Of a stretch of DNA of 34,093 nt, positions 1-9,362 are shown piece by piece. Source of the stretch: an uncultured Candidatus Saccharibacteria bacterium (GTDB lineage: Bacteria > Patescibacteriota > Saccharimonadia > Saccharimonadales > JACDBH01); assembly GCA_965231105.1 (NCBI GenBank), contig OZ246417.1, positions 1-34,093 on the forward strand, given 5' to 3'. Numbering within the stretch: the stretch's first letter is position 1; the number at the start of each line of letters is the position of its first letter. The position numbers and the translations under genes were made by a program. The notes under the pieces were generated by a model. That model was given only the letters and a program-made list of their open reading frames with translations, searched no databases and was not told the DNA's origin.

Positions 1-658
<658 letters not shown>

Positions 659-834
659 TTATGGGATATGAGATTAGCCTCTGTTTGGTGAGGAAGGTCT
701 CATATCTTCGAGCAGAAGCATTAACTAGTTATTGGTGATTAACTCACCGCTTGAATTCGACATTTAACATCTTATCTAAGGCACCTCAATATGGACGCCG
801 ATTCGCGCGCCGCTTCTACGGAAGGGCCCGCTAA

Positions 835-948
835 TCGGTGCCCATGGCGTAGGGGAAACACCTGTTCCCATCCCGAACACAGAAGTTAAGCCCTGCAGCG
901 GTTACTATACTTGGGAAATCAAGCCCTGGGAAAATAGCACGGTGCCGA
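835..948 (+). rRNA. rrf: 5S rRNA
   Basis: Terminal helix TCGGTGCC/GGTGCCGA, conserved CCCATCCCGAACACAGAAGTTAAG core, 114 nt long, downstream of 23S. Confidence 0.96.
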
Positions 949-958
949 ATTATAGAAT

Positions 959-988
959 AAACCACCCTTACCGGGTGGTTTTTCTTTT
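959..988 (+). terminator. Intrinsic terminator of the rRNA operon (probably bidirectional)
   Basis: AAACCACCC-ttacc-GGGTGGTTT followed by TTCTTTT, between 5S and the convergent ORF. Confidence 0.85.
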
Positions 989-1631
989 AGCCTATAATTA
1001 CGTTGCGTGAAGACTGCCACGCAGCGCGTTCGGCTTCATCTATTGCTCTCAGATCTTCCAGTAGTTGTTCATGTCTTCTTGCACTTTCGGCTACACATTC
1101 TTCAAGCATAGTAAGCTCAACCATAGTAGGAGAGGCTAGCGTTCCTAATTCTGTCAGGTGTGCGGCAGGATCACGGATAACCTTGGTAAGGTTCTGCACT
1201 TCTTTATCTTCGAGTATGCGGCTTGAAAAAGGTCCGCCTTCCACACCTGACCAAGGTGGTCTCTGATAGTGTTTGCGGATGCCCTCTGACTGTTCAGAGA
1301 ACGAGGTCCTGCTTACGAGGCCTCTATTACTAAAGGTCTGAATTATAAAACGGGACGCCTCTGGTCTGGCTGTGGTGACGGTATATATACATTCATAGCC
1401 ATTGAGCATTGTTCGTCTCACATCATATGCATCACCAAATTCTATTCTCCCATCGGGGCTAAAGGTCTGTGTATAGCCGCCCGCGAGATGTAAAGGTGTC
1501 CCTGCAGATCGCTTACGCGCATATGGATCTACTACGGGTGCAGGCAGGGGGATGACCGCGATGGTTTCTTGAAGTAAATCGTGTAGGGATGGACGCGGCG
1601 ACGGGACTGCGGGCAATAGTGTTTCTGGCAT
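987..1631 (-). CDS. Hypothetical protein (214 aa)
   Basis: Open frame with AAGGAG SD 7 nt upstream of ATG; no family recognised. Confidence 0.7.
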   Translation of the reverse strand: MPETLLPAVPSPRPSLHDLLQETIAVIPLPAPVVDPYARKRSAGTPLHLAGGYTQTFSPDGRIEFGDAYDVRRTMLNGYECIYTVTTARPEASRFIIQTFSNRGLVSRTSFSEQSEGIRKHYQRPPWSGVEGGPFSSRILEDKEVQNLTKVIRDPAAHLTELGTLASPTMVELTMLEECVAESARRHEQLLEDLRAIDEAERAAWQSSRNVIIG

Positions 1632-1704
1632 CTAGGAGCTCCTTGTTTAATAGACCCAGCTTATACTATATTGCGCAACAAAGCATTATGTTGTGAAAAA
1701 GACT

Positions 1705-1732
1705 TTGAAATCGACTTGTTTACAGATACGAT
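1705..1732 (+). promoter_or_regulatory. Putative sigma70 promoter of the VOC gene
   Basis: TTGAAA-16 nt-TACGAT; the -10 box ends 6 nt before ATG 1739. Confidence 0.5.
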
Positions 1733-1738
1733 GAGAAT

Positions 1739-2107
1739 ATGAAAATAACAAACTTAGTATTCTGGGTCAACGAAAATCGGATCAGCGAAAAGTTTTATCG
1801 CAAACTTGGCTTTGATATTACCGAATCAACCGATCGCCACTCGGTAGTGAGGCTCAATGGATTCGATATTATGCTCGTGAATATGCGGGATGAAGAGCCA
1901 TTCGCCAATGATGCGATGGTTGGGCATAAAGGTAAGGGCATGTATGTGTATATTCAAGTCGAAGACGTAGACCAGCTGCACACGCACTTAAAAGAAATTG
2001 GTATCAGCCCGGCTACCGAACCAAAAGATTGGGACTGGGGTAATCGTGAGTTTGTTGTTAAAGACCCTGATGGCTACAAACTCTGTTTTTGGCAGCCGAG
2101 TAAATAA
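1739..2107 (+). CDS. VOC family (glyoxalase/bleomycin-resistance) protein
   Basis: SEKFYRKLGF near the N-terminus, YIQVEDVDQLH, and PKDWDWGNREFVVKDPDGYKL: a typical VOC signature. Confidence 0.92.
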   Translation: MKITNLVFWVNENRISEKFYRKLGFDITESTDRHSVVRLNGFDIMLVNMRDEEPFANDAMVGHKGKGMYVYIQVEDVDQLHTHLKEIGISPATEPKDWDWGNREFVVKDPDGYKLCFWQPSK

Positions 2108-2198
2108 CTGTCGTATCTTCTGATGATAGACGGTTGAAAGAGCATTAGTTAGAATAAAATAGAGTCGCTCAGTCCCGACAGAATTAAGAGGCAAGTAC

Positions 2199-2531
2199 AT
2201 GGAGATAAGACAGGCACCGGGTGGAAGAGCAAAAGTAACGCTCGAGAGTTTTAGTGAGCATAGCTATGTAGCCCCCTTGTTGCGCTCTCATATCGGGGCG
2301 TTCGCAAAGTCCAAATTAGCTTTGGCAACACTTAGTCCCGAGTATCCTAATCGCTTTTCTACAGTTGTAATTGAGCAGCAAGATCTACCAGATATACTTG
2401 GCAGCGTTCAGGTACGAAGGCATGCATTGGGCGAGGCTGTTGGGGGTCAGGAAGCTCTTCATGAATGGATTATCATGAAAGATGTGGTAAGAGCATTACG
2501 AGGTTTTATAGCGCCCGCTGAGCAAAGTTAA
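2199..2531 (+). CDS. Hypothetical protein (110 aa)
   Basis: Only plausible ORF in the interval; weak AGAGG SD; no family recognised. Confidence 0.55.
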   Translation: MEIRQAPGGRAKVTLESFSEHSYVAPLLRSHIGAFAKSKLALATLSPEYPNRFSTVVIEQQDLPDILGSVQVRRHALGEAVGGQEALHEWIIMKDVVRALRGFIAPAEQS

Positions 2532-2542
2532 AAAGCTTCTTT

Positions 2543-3127
2543 TTAGTTTCGTGGCAAGGTTGGGGCAATAACCGGTATAACGGGCATGCTAACCTGTAGT
2601 GCTTCAAAAGCTGAGCGGGTTAGCTCTGCGTCGTGTCGTGTGTAGTTATCATGAAGCATTTCAAGCGCTTGATCTGGCTGTGCCCAGGTTACTTCGTGTC
2701 TTGGATTAGGGTCTGGGCCATACACAATAGTAGGGGCTACTGCAGGCATAAAGATTTTTCCTTTAGCCTTTGGCCAGTTTTCTTTCTCCGGCTTATCAAG
2801 TGGTAGGGGAGCTATATCTACATACGGGATAAGTGTAACAAGCTCAGATACTACTCGCGCATTAGGGCCGAGCGTTGCGTTGGTTCTGTTTCGGGCGGTA
2901 GTTGCCACCTTATCTTGAACTGTTTCGCTAAATTTTGGATTTGGTCGATGTAAACTTCCTTCAGGAAGACGTAACGAAACACCGTTTTTACCAGTAACTA
3001 AGGCAACTGAACCAAGTTGGTTAACAATAACCAGCTTAAGAGCAGGCACATATAACGAATCTGCACGACATGCAGCACCGAGTACATCGGTCGGTTCAAA
3101 CGACTGAGGAATTCTCTCGTAACTCAT
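2543..3127 (-). CDS. Nudix-fold-like protein with a degenerate Nudix box
   Basis: LKLVIVNQLGSVALV...LRLPEG...SETVQDKVATTARNRT...EVTWAQPDQALEML follows the Nudix layout but lacks REUXEE. TATAAT lies 9 nt upstream of ATG. Confidence 0.55.
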   Translation of the reverse strand: MSYERIPQSFEPTDVLGAACRADSLYVPALKLVIVNQLGSVALVTGKNGVSLRLPEGSLHRPNPKFSETVQDKVATTARNRTNATLGPNARVVSELVTLIPYVDIAPLPLDKPEKENWPKAKGKIFMPAVAPTIVYGPDPNPRHEVTWAQPDQALEMLHDNYTRHDAELTRSAFEALQVSMPVIPVIAPTLPRN

Positions 3128-3186
3128 AGGGGCATAATTATAACCTAAGTAGTAAAGAATGTCAACTACTTATGCTTTATTTATAG

Positions 3187-3211
3187 AGGGGAAGAGGTGG
3201 TCTCTTCCCCT
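3187..3211 (-). terminator. Putative terminator hairpin after the ybaK-family gene
   Basis: Perfect 10-bp stem AGGGGAAGAG-gtggt-CTCTTCCCCT just downstream of the stop at 3221; the U-tract is weak. Confidence 0.5.
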
Positions 3212-3220
3212 GATTTAGCC

Positions 3221-3751
3221 TTACTCTCGCGTAAGTGTCAGAACTTTTGCGTTAGGTAAGGAGGCTAAAAGCTCTCCGCTCACTGCAAGCTTCGATTCAC
3301 GTACACCACTACCTACTATGGCTTGAGGCAAGGCTGCGGCCTGGCTGTCTACCAGGATTAGCCAATCGGCAGGGAGTCCTAGAGGGGAAATCCCACCATA
3401 TTCCATACCTGATAGGGAAACGGCCCTGTCCATGGGTGCGAAGGATACTTTCTTGGCGCCTAACTCTCGTCGTACGATGCCGTTAATATCTGCTCGCATG
3501 GTGGCTGGCACTAAGCACGCAGCATACCAGGTACGGTCTGCACGTTTTGCCTCTACAATTACGCAGTTTACCGAGATGTCTAAACCAATGCCGTATCGCT
3601 CACAAAAAGCAGCGGTATCCGATACGGCAGGGTCGATTTCTGAAACCAGGACGCCGGATAGTTTATTTGCCTGAACGCTTTCCTGGACAGGTTTGCCAAT
3701 TAAATTTAAGTTATCTTCAACAGGGGTGAAGTTTAATTTACCAATGTTCAT
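3221..3751 (-). CDS. YbaK/EbsC (INS superfamily) aminoacyl-tRNA deacylase-like protein
   Basis: SGMEYGGISPLGLP, ILVDS...IVGSG and RADINGIVRRELGAKKVSFA motifs; AAGGAG SD. Confidence 0.9.
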   Translation of the reverse strand: MNIGKLNFTPVEDNLNLIGKPVQESVQANKLSGVLVSEIDPAVSDTAAFCERYGIGLDISVNCVIVEAKRADRTWYAACLVPATMRADINGIVRRELGAKKVSFAPMDRAVSLSGMEYGGISPLGLPADWLILVDSQAAALPQAIVGSGVRESKLAVSGELLASLPNAKVLTLTRE

Positions 3752-3859
3752 ATATTCTCCTTAGTTAGTTAAAACAATGTGCTAAGGAGTGAGATTAGAA
3801 ACCTTTGAAAGTCTTCATTGGTTTTATTATACCATAAAATTATTTATTCTGAGGTCATC

Positions 3860-4072
3860 CTAGACTTCTAGATCTGGATCATCACCAACAGCTTCATCAA
3901 TAGCAGCTTTTAGCGTACCATTGAACGCAGCTTTACGGATGAGCGCATGAAGCTCATCGGGGCTGGCGTTAAAGAAACGGTCGACGGCTGCTTCTGCTTC
4001 AGGGGTTTGCATTCTTTCTAGAAGCTCATTTCCCCATTCGCTCATCTGTTCTTCTGGAGTCTTTCCGGTCAT
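3860..4072 (-). CDS. Hypothetical protein (70 aa), translationally coupled to the DUF1801 gene
   Basis: ATG at 4072-4070 overlaps the upstream TGA (ATGA), which is a better start than 4102 in the ORF track; acidic helical composition. Confidence 0.6.
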   Translation of the reverse strand: MTGKTPEEQMSEWGNELLERMQTPEAEAAVDRFFNASPDELHALIRKAAFNGTLKAAIDEAVGDDPDLEV

Positions 4073-4440
4073 TTCCTTCTTTCCATATTGCGCTCTATAC
4101 ATGCTCGTATCATCTTCTTAATAAGTGGCATGGGAAGCGGCTTATCTATCGGAAAACGGACGGTGCCTTTAGCTGTCTCATAGGCTTCTAGTTCCTTAGC
4201 GAATTGCTTTATCGGCCCGGAGCCAGGATAAAAGCCGATATGTTTTTCATAGGCACTGAAATGCACCAGGTTACCACGAAGGGTAAAGGTAGGGATGCCG
4301 TAACTAATTTTCTCTTGAGCCTCCGGTACTAACTCGTGAACTGCCGCACGAAGTTCTTGGAGTAGGGCCTGCACATTAGGCGGATAGCTACTAATAAATT
4401 CATCTATGGTTTGTACGTTAGGGTCTATATTCATTGTCAT
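4069..4440 (-). CDS. DUF1801 (YdhG-like) protein
   Basis: TIDEFI...LQELRAAVHELVPEAQEKISYGIPTF...LVHFSAYEKHIGFYP...KGTVRFPIDKPLP. Confidence 0.92.
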   Translation of the reverse strand: MTMNIDPNVQTIDEFISSYPPNVQALLQELRAAVHELVPEAQEKISYGIPTFTLRGNLVHFSAYEKHIGFYPGSGPIKQFAKELEAYETAKGTVRFPIDKPLPMPLIKKMIRACIERNMERRK

Positions 4441-4511
4441 AGCTTAATTATACCTCGAACGGATGCCACGGTAATTATTAATAGGAGCATAAGCGTGTAT
4501 ACTTTTTGGTA

Positions 4512-5534
4512 ATGGCGGGAAACTTTAAACTGAAGGCTGTGGCTAGCGGGCTTATAGCGATAGCTACACTAGGATTTGTAATGGTTGCCTATGCGGCTCG
4601 TCCTGCATTTATGTTTGAGGCTGAAGACGGCAACTTCAGTACTCCGCATTTTGAATCTGCTGATTCAACTGCTTCGGGAGGGGCATACCTGCAATTTGCC
4701 ACTACTCAATCACCCCCTTCAACCAATGATCAATTTGGCATCAGACAGCTATATCCGACCTTACCGGGTGGAAAGCAGTGGTTTTCCAAATGGCATAACG
4801 GGGTGGCGCGTGGTTTTGGGAATGACATCGATCCTCAAGATCCATGGTTTGATGCTGATCACGGCAACGCTTCTTATGCGACATCGGGCAATGGTATTTT
4901 AAGAATCTCGGGCACTACACCTCGTATGTATGTGCATGATCCAGCCATGCAGGATCAGTGGAGGAATGTTGAGATCACTATGTATTTTCGGCGTATTACC
5001 GATGACGGTACGGCTTTCGCGGGCATGACTGCGGTTGCCAGAACAAATCACGGCACAACCGCCCCAGAGCTTCAAAACCTATGCGATACAAGAGGTGTGG
5101 GAGCTCGTTTCCGTCAAGACGGGCGGATTGATTTCGAGAAGGAAACACGCCACCCAACCGCAGTGCCGGTAGCTAATACCTCCGTGGCTGGCTGGACGAA
5201 CAGTACCTATAATACCTGGATTGGCTATAAGTATGTGGTGTATGACCTGCCGAACGGCAACGTAAAGCTCGAAAGTTATATCGACACAACCGACGGGCTG
5301 AATGGTGGTAACTGGGTTAAGGCAAATGAATTTACCGATACGGGCAGTAATATGGGTGTTGGCTCGGCCGCATGCGCTACGGGGATAGATCCGGCATTGC
5401 GCTTAACGGCTTCAACATCGAGGGTGGGTTCTGAGTCCGGAAGACCTAATATTTCCGTTTACTTTAGAAGCACAAATGTTGGCACAGAGGGTCTGCACTA
5501 CAAAAAAGGCAGCATACGCGAAATCGCTCCGTAA
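4512..5534 (+). CDS. Secreted/anchored protein: short CBM-like module plus beta-jelly-roll (polysaccharide-lyase/lectin-like) domain
   Basis: N-terminal hydrophobic signal; FEAEDG...ASGGAYLQF (CBM6/35-like); aromatic and Asn/Thr/Gly-rich beta domain ([29 protein letters not shown]). Start placed at ATG 4512. Confidence 0.6.
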   Translation: MAGNFKLKAVASGLIAIATLGFVMVAYAARPAFMFEAEDGNFSTPHFESADSTASGGAYLQFATTQSPPSTNDQFGIRQLYPTLPGGKQWFSKWHNGVARGFGNDIDPQDPWFDADHGNASYATSGNGILRISGTTPRMYVHDPAMQDQWRNVEITMYFRRITDDGTAFAGMTAVARTNHGTTAPELQNLCDTRGVGARFRQDGRIDFEKETRHPTAVPVANTSVAGWTNSTYNTWIGYKYVVYDLPNGNVKLESYIDTTDGLNGGNWVKANEFTDTGSNMGVGSAACATGIDPALRLTASTSRVGSESGRPNISVYFRSTNVGTEGLHYKKGSIREIAP

Positions 5535-5593
5535 GTGAAATACCTTACACCCGGGGGTTGCATCCAGTAGGTACCGGCGTACTATGAGGATAT

Positions 5594-6346
5594 ATGAGCC
5601 GAGTAGCCTCTGAAGAATCCAATCCTCAGCCAGATGTAGAACGGCTTTTTGAGCCTCTTATCACCGACGCGGTGGTGCAAGATTTTGCCCGGCTCTTGCC
5701 GCAGCTCACTGACAAGGCAGACAGAGAACCGGAACTTATTCGAGTGAAATTGGAGGCGGCTGTCCGTAATCCAGAAGGCATGGTTGCAATTGCCTACGAC
5801 GGCGAGGGTCGAGTTCAGGGCACAGCAACAGCTAATATGCATAGGTTTGGCCCAGGCTGGGTCGATGATGTGGTTGTAGATGAAAGTATGCGCGGTCGTG
5901 GAACGGGCGAAGCACTTATGGAGGAGCTGCATGAATGGTTTGTAGCTCGCGATATAGGCGAGGTACTTCTAACCTCTACGCCAGATCGAGAAGCGGCCGG
6001 AAGACTGTATGCTCGTTTAGGTTACGTGACACTAGATGACATGCGTGTCTGCGAGAAGGACATTAGCCATCATGCCGGGCGAGTTGGGGCTGATTTCTAT
6101 GATTCTAAAGACAGGAAGGCAATTATTAGAAATGCAGTCGGGCAAGCTACCATTTGTCGTATCCCCACCGGTGCAAAGGCACGGATACAGCAGCCCGATC
6201 AGGAAGATCAAGTACTTATGTATGACTTAGAGGTGTGGCTGGCAGCTAAGGGGATGAAGTCAGTGAGCTATATAGGGCCAGCGGATGTCGAACCATATCC
6301 TGGTTACGTACCACGTGATACTCATGTTTTTCGGCGGGAACTGTAA
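5594..6346 (+). CDS. GNAT family N-acetyltransferase with a C-terminal degenerate second domain
   Basis: GWVDDVVVDESMRGRGTGEALM (acetyl-CoA motif A) and REAAGRLYARLGY. Confidence 0.88.
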   Translation: MSRVASEESNPQPDVERLFEPLITDAVVQDFARLLPQLTDKADREPELIRVKLEAAVRNPEGMVAIAYDGEGRVQGTATANMHRFGPGWVDDVVVDESMRGRGTGEALMEELHEWFVARDIGEVLLTSTPDREAAGRLYARLGYVTLDDMRVCEKDISHHAGRVGADFYDSKDRKAIIRNAVGQATICRIPTGAKARIQQPDQEDQVLMYDLEVWLAAKGMKSVSYIGPADVEPYPGYVPRDTHVFRREL

Positions 6347-6368
6347 AAATTAAATAAACATTAACTAT

Positions 6369-6397
6369 TTGACATAGTAACAAGCTGATGCTATCAT
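6369..6397 (+). promoter_or_regulatory. Sigma70 promoter
   Basis: TTGACA (6369-6374)-17 nt-TATCAT (6392-6397). Confidence 0.75.
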
Positions 6398-6420
6398 AAG
6401 CGCATTCGATAGGGATTTTG

Positions 6421-6458
6421 AGGGTTTCGTGCCAACCGGCACGGAACCTTTTTCTTTT
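6421..6458 (+). terminator. Intrinsic terminator between the promoter and the KGG gene
   Basis: 13-bp stem AGGGTTTCGTGCC-aacc-GGCACGGAACCTT followed by TTTCTTTT. Confidence 0.8.
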
Positions 6459-6491
6459 CCTGGAGAGGCAAACTAAGGGAGGCTATTACGA

Positions 6492-6689
6492 ATGGCTGGA
6501 ACAAAGAATGGTGGCAAAGCTGCTGCCTCAACAAACAAATCTAAGTACGGTGCTGATTTTTATGCACGTATCGGTGCTATCGGTGGTAAGAAGGGTCACA
6601 CTGGTGGCTTTGCTGCTAACCGTGAATTAGCTCGTACTGCTGGTGCTAAGGGCGGTCGTATTTCTCGCCGCACTAAGAAGACTGCCTAA
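6492..6689 (+). CDS. KGG-repeat general stress protein (YciG/GsiB/Con-10-like)
   Basis: FYARIGAIGGKKG...ELARTAGAKGGR; GGAGG SD; highly biased codon usage. Confidence 0.88.
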   Translation: MAGTKNGGKAAASTNKSKYGADFYARIGAIGGKKGHTGGFAANRELARTAGAKGGRISRRTKKTA

Positions 6690-6706
6690 GTTTTAAACAG
6701 TCTTTT

Positions 6707-7033
6707 CTAAGAACCGCTTCGCCAAAACCGGAGCGGTTTTTTATTTTTCGCGTATCTTCCGTTGTGTGCAGCTGCAATTGACTCGGTTATCTTATGAATC
6801 ACGCCATTATCAAACAGGGTGTCATCGTAGATTTGAATCTGCACGATGTTCTCAGGAACTTTTTTATCTGTTCGCTTTCGTGACTCTGCTTCAAAGTACT
6901 CTACCGAGTAGACAGCAGCTTCACCAAGTAAACTTTCGCGAAGACGCATACCCCATTCTGCAATATGCATCGGCGGTTCGGTAAAGGGAAGGGCTTGTGT
7001 TTCGTGATGCTTACCCATGATCTCATAAAACAT
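6707..7033 (-). CDS. Hypothetical protein (108 aa)
   Basis: Open frame continuing the ROK-zincin strand; no family recognised. Confidence 0.55.
   Translation of the reverse strand: MFYEIMGKHHETQALPFTEPPMHIAEWGMRLRESLLGEAAVYSVEYFEAESRKRTDKKVPENIVQIQIYDDTLFDNGVIHKITESIAAAHNGRYAKNKKPLRFWRSGS
6712..6748. terminator. Terminator between the KGG gene and a convergent ORF
   Basis: AACCGCTTCG-7 nt-CGGAGCGGTT followed by TTTTATTTTT. Confidence 0.8.
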
Positions 7034-7076
7034 ATGCGTACGACTCTACCATTGCTTCTCTAAAAGAAAAAGAGAT

Positions 7077-7544
7077 TTACTTAATAACGGTTTTCTTGCG
7101 GCGGTAAGGTCGGCAGAATCGTGAGTTACTTACCTCCCACGTGGTATGGCAGTTGAAGCATTCATAGGTTTCTGAATCCTTCTGTGCACTTACTGTGCCG
7201 CAAGTAGGGCAGGAGGCTCGGCCGTGTAGCCAATCTCGGTAGGTATCAAGGCAGTCTTGTACATGCTCAGGATCAATCCTGATGCCGTATTTCTTGGCCA
7301 GCTGCTTGGCGTACTGCCAGGCTTCTACTTCAAGCTGTACGAGTTCAAAATCGCTATTATAACGCTCGTGGCCTAAGATGCCATGCGAAACTTCATGGAG
7401 TAGGGACCACTGAGCGATATCGGGCTGGGTTGAACCAGGCATGTAGTTAACGGTATGCCGTTTAGGTGACCAGTAGAAGGTATCACCTTGTACGAATGTT
7501 ATGTCTGGATAGTCAGCTTGCAGTTGCTCAAGTAGTTCTTGCAT
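7077..7544 (-). CDS. ImmA/IrrE-like zinc metallopeptidase with a C-terminal zinc ribbon
   Basis: LLHEVSHGILGH (HExxH), downstream ELVQLEVEAWQYA, then CPTC...CFNC. Overlaps the end of the ROK gene. Confidence 0.75.
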   Translation of the reverse strand: MQELLEQLQADYPDITFVQGDTFYWSPKRHTVNYMPGSTQPDIAQWSLLHEVSHGILGHERYNSDFELVQLEVEAWQYAKQLAKKYGIRIDPEHVQDCLDTYRDWLHGRASCPTCGTVSAQKDSETYECFNCHTTWEVSNSRFCRPYRRKKTVIK

Positions 7545-8349
7545 GGTCTTTGATCAGCTCATAACACCCATAAATAACTGCTTCTTCAGCGTTTTTAGCG
7601 CCTACGACTCGAGGTGCTTCAACGAGCGGAGATTCGTATTTCTCGAGTGCTTCTCGCAATGGTTTGGCAAATTTCTTAAAGTGGCTCCCAACACCACCCC
7701 CAATAATAATGATATCTGGTTGATAGGCAGCGGCTGCATCAATTAAGCCAAGGGCGAGATCTTCACAAATAATTTTCCAAACCTGTTTATCGGCTATGTC
7801 CGAAGCTCGTTTGCCAAAGCGTTTTACAATAGCTTTACCAGAGACAATGGATTCCCATGTCACCAGCTTGCCATTTCGTTCATGCATGAGCATGTGGCCA
7901 ATCTCGGCATCAGCAAGGTCTTTATCAATATTGCCGTCTACAATCAGGGCGCCACCGATTCCGGTGCTGACGGTTACATACAGCGCTTTGTGTCGAACAG
8001 GTTTTAGAAGTCTCGCCTCAGACAGGCCAGCCAGTTTTGCATCGTTTTCAAGCAATACATCGCAGTGAGTAATCGTCTTAACGTCTTTTTGGATCGGTAC
8101 ATTGCGCCACGGCAATCTACCCGAAGCGATAATCATTCCTTTTTCATGATCGATTCTACCGGTAGTGCCTATGGCAGCAATATCCCAGCCTCGGTTGGTG
8201 GTGATAGTTTTAAGATTCTCGGCAAGGGCTTCCTTAAAGTCACTGTAGTCTTTTGGAGTCTTGAATTTAACGCTATCGAGCGGTTTGCCGCTATTGGTAA
8301 AACTCATGAGCAGCGTCTTAGTGCCGCCAATATCAATCCCCAAATACAT
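7528..8349 (-). CDS. ROK family sugar kinase
   Basis: LGIDIGGTKT, LENDAKLAGLSE, TVSTGIGGALIVDG, EIGHM, IIIGGGV. Confidence 0.93.
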   Translation of the reverse strand: MYLGIDIGGTKTLLMSFTNSGKPLDSVKFKTPKDYSDFKEALAENLKTITTNRGWDIAAIGTTGRIDHEKGMIIASGRLPWRNVPIQKDVKTITHCDVLLENDAKLAGLSEARLLKPVRHKALYVTVSTGIGGALIVDGNIDKDLADAEIGHMLMHERNGKLVTWESIVSGKAIVKRFGKRASDIADKQVWKIICEDLALGLIDAAAAYQPDIIIIGGGVGSHFKKFAKPLREALEKYESPLVEAPRVVGAKNAEEAVIYGCYELIKDHARTT

Positions 8350-8434
8350 GGCTTCAGTGTAGCATAGAGTTAATATTGAATTTTACTTAAAAATATGCTA
8401 AAATAACCTTATCTTACTATTTCATTAAACAAAC

Positions 8435-9256
8435 ATGCACGAAACCATAAACCATCAAAAATATCCATTTGAAATCCAGCGTCCTACCGTTAAAACTCTA
8501 GGTGGTTTAGTAGTTGCTGCGGGGAGTGTGGAGCTAGGGGCCTGGACTAATCTAGAAGATCATAATCATGTAGAAATTCCTCCTATGGATAAACGGAATG
8601 CTGGGCATGTTTTACAGGCTATGAAAAACACTGCAGCGGCGATGGCTCATGTTGATCAGCTTGATTTTACATTCAGTGATAGAAAATTAGATGGAGGACG
8701 ACTACTTCGTTATAAAGCACGGTGGGGTGAGGTTGATAAAAAGTCCTTAGAAGGTGCAGGGTTGTCTGTTGAAATCGCCGGTCCAACAAAGCGACGAAAG
8801 GGACATAATATGCTTCCTCGCTTTAAGCCACAAGTAGTTACAAATGTTTCAACGATGCATAGAACTGCCAGAGGAGAAGATGGCCGACCCATAAAAGGAC
8901 GCCTTGATGCTCTGACCGATGCAGCGCACATGCCGTTTCGAGATGCTTCCGTAGGCTCCGTACATATATCGTGCTTACCGGGAAGCCGAGTTGGCAGACA
9001 GCTTCAGCATGATAGATCATTACGCCATGAGGCTATTCAAGAATCCGCACGAGTTCTCAAAGAAGGTGGTTATTTAGTTTGGGACGGAGGAGTTCCTGAA
9101 GACTATGAAAGTATAGTACAAAATGGTCTGAGTCCTGTTGCGCTCGTCTTTGACCTTAAACTTTATGAAGCAGATGTAGATCATTATGATTCTCCACAAC
9201 TTGATGTGGATGGGATCTATCAAAAAATCTCTCCGCCCCCTGAACCTAAGCCGTAA
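8435..9256 (+). CDS. Putative class I SAM-dependent methyltransferase with an N-terminal extension
   Basis: Motif-I variant VEIAGPT, DAAHMPFRDASVGSV, ESARVLKEGGYLVW. Confidence 0.65.
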   Translation: MHETINHQKYPFEIQRPTVKTLGGLVVAAGSVELGAWTNLEDHNHVEIPPMDKRNAGHVLQAMKNTAAAMAHVDQLDFTFSDRKLDGGRLLRYKARWGEVDKKSLEGAGLSVEIAGPTKRRKGHNMLPRFKPQVVTNVSTMHRTARGEDGRPIKGRLDALTDAAHMPFRDASVGSVHISCLPGSRVGRQLQHDRSLRHEAIQESARVLKEGGYLVWDGGVPEDYESIVQNGLSPVALVFDLKLYEADVDHYDSPQLDVDGIYQKISPPPEPKP

Positions 9257-9265
9257 ACCTGGTGC

Positions 9266-9294
9266 TTGCTTACAGATATACAACAGAGTATAAT
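9266..9294 (+). promoter_or_regulatory. Sigma70 promoter of rpsA-infB
   Basis: TTGCTT-17 nt-TATAAT. Confidence 0.7.
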
Positions 9295-9362
9295 TATCTG
9301 TAAGTCTGACTGGAGAAACGATCCAAGGATCGCCACAGTACTCATAAGGAGGCATGTATAAC

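Noticed and set aside
659-834. GC-rich patch and hairpin in the 23S-5S spacer as a tRNA or ncRNA
   Set aside because: No cloverleaf, T-loop GTTCRA or CCA; more simply explained as rRNA processing stems.
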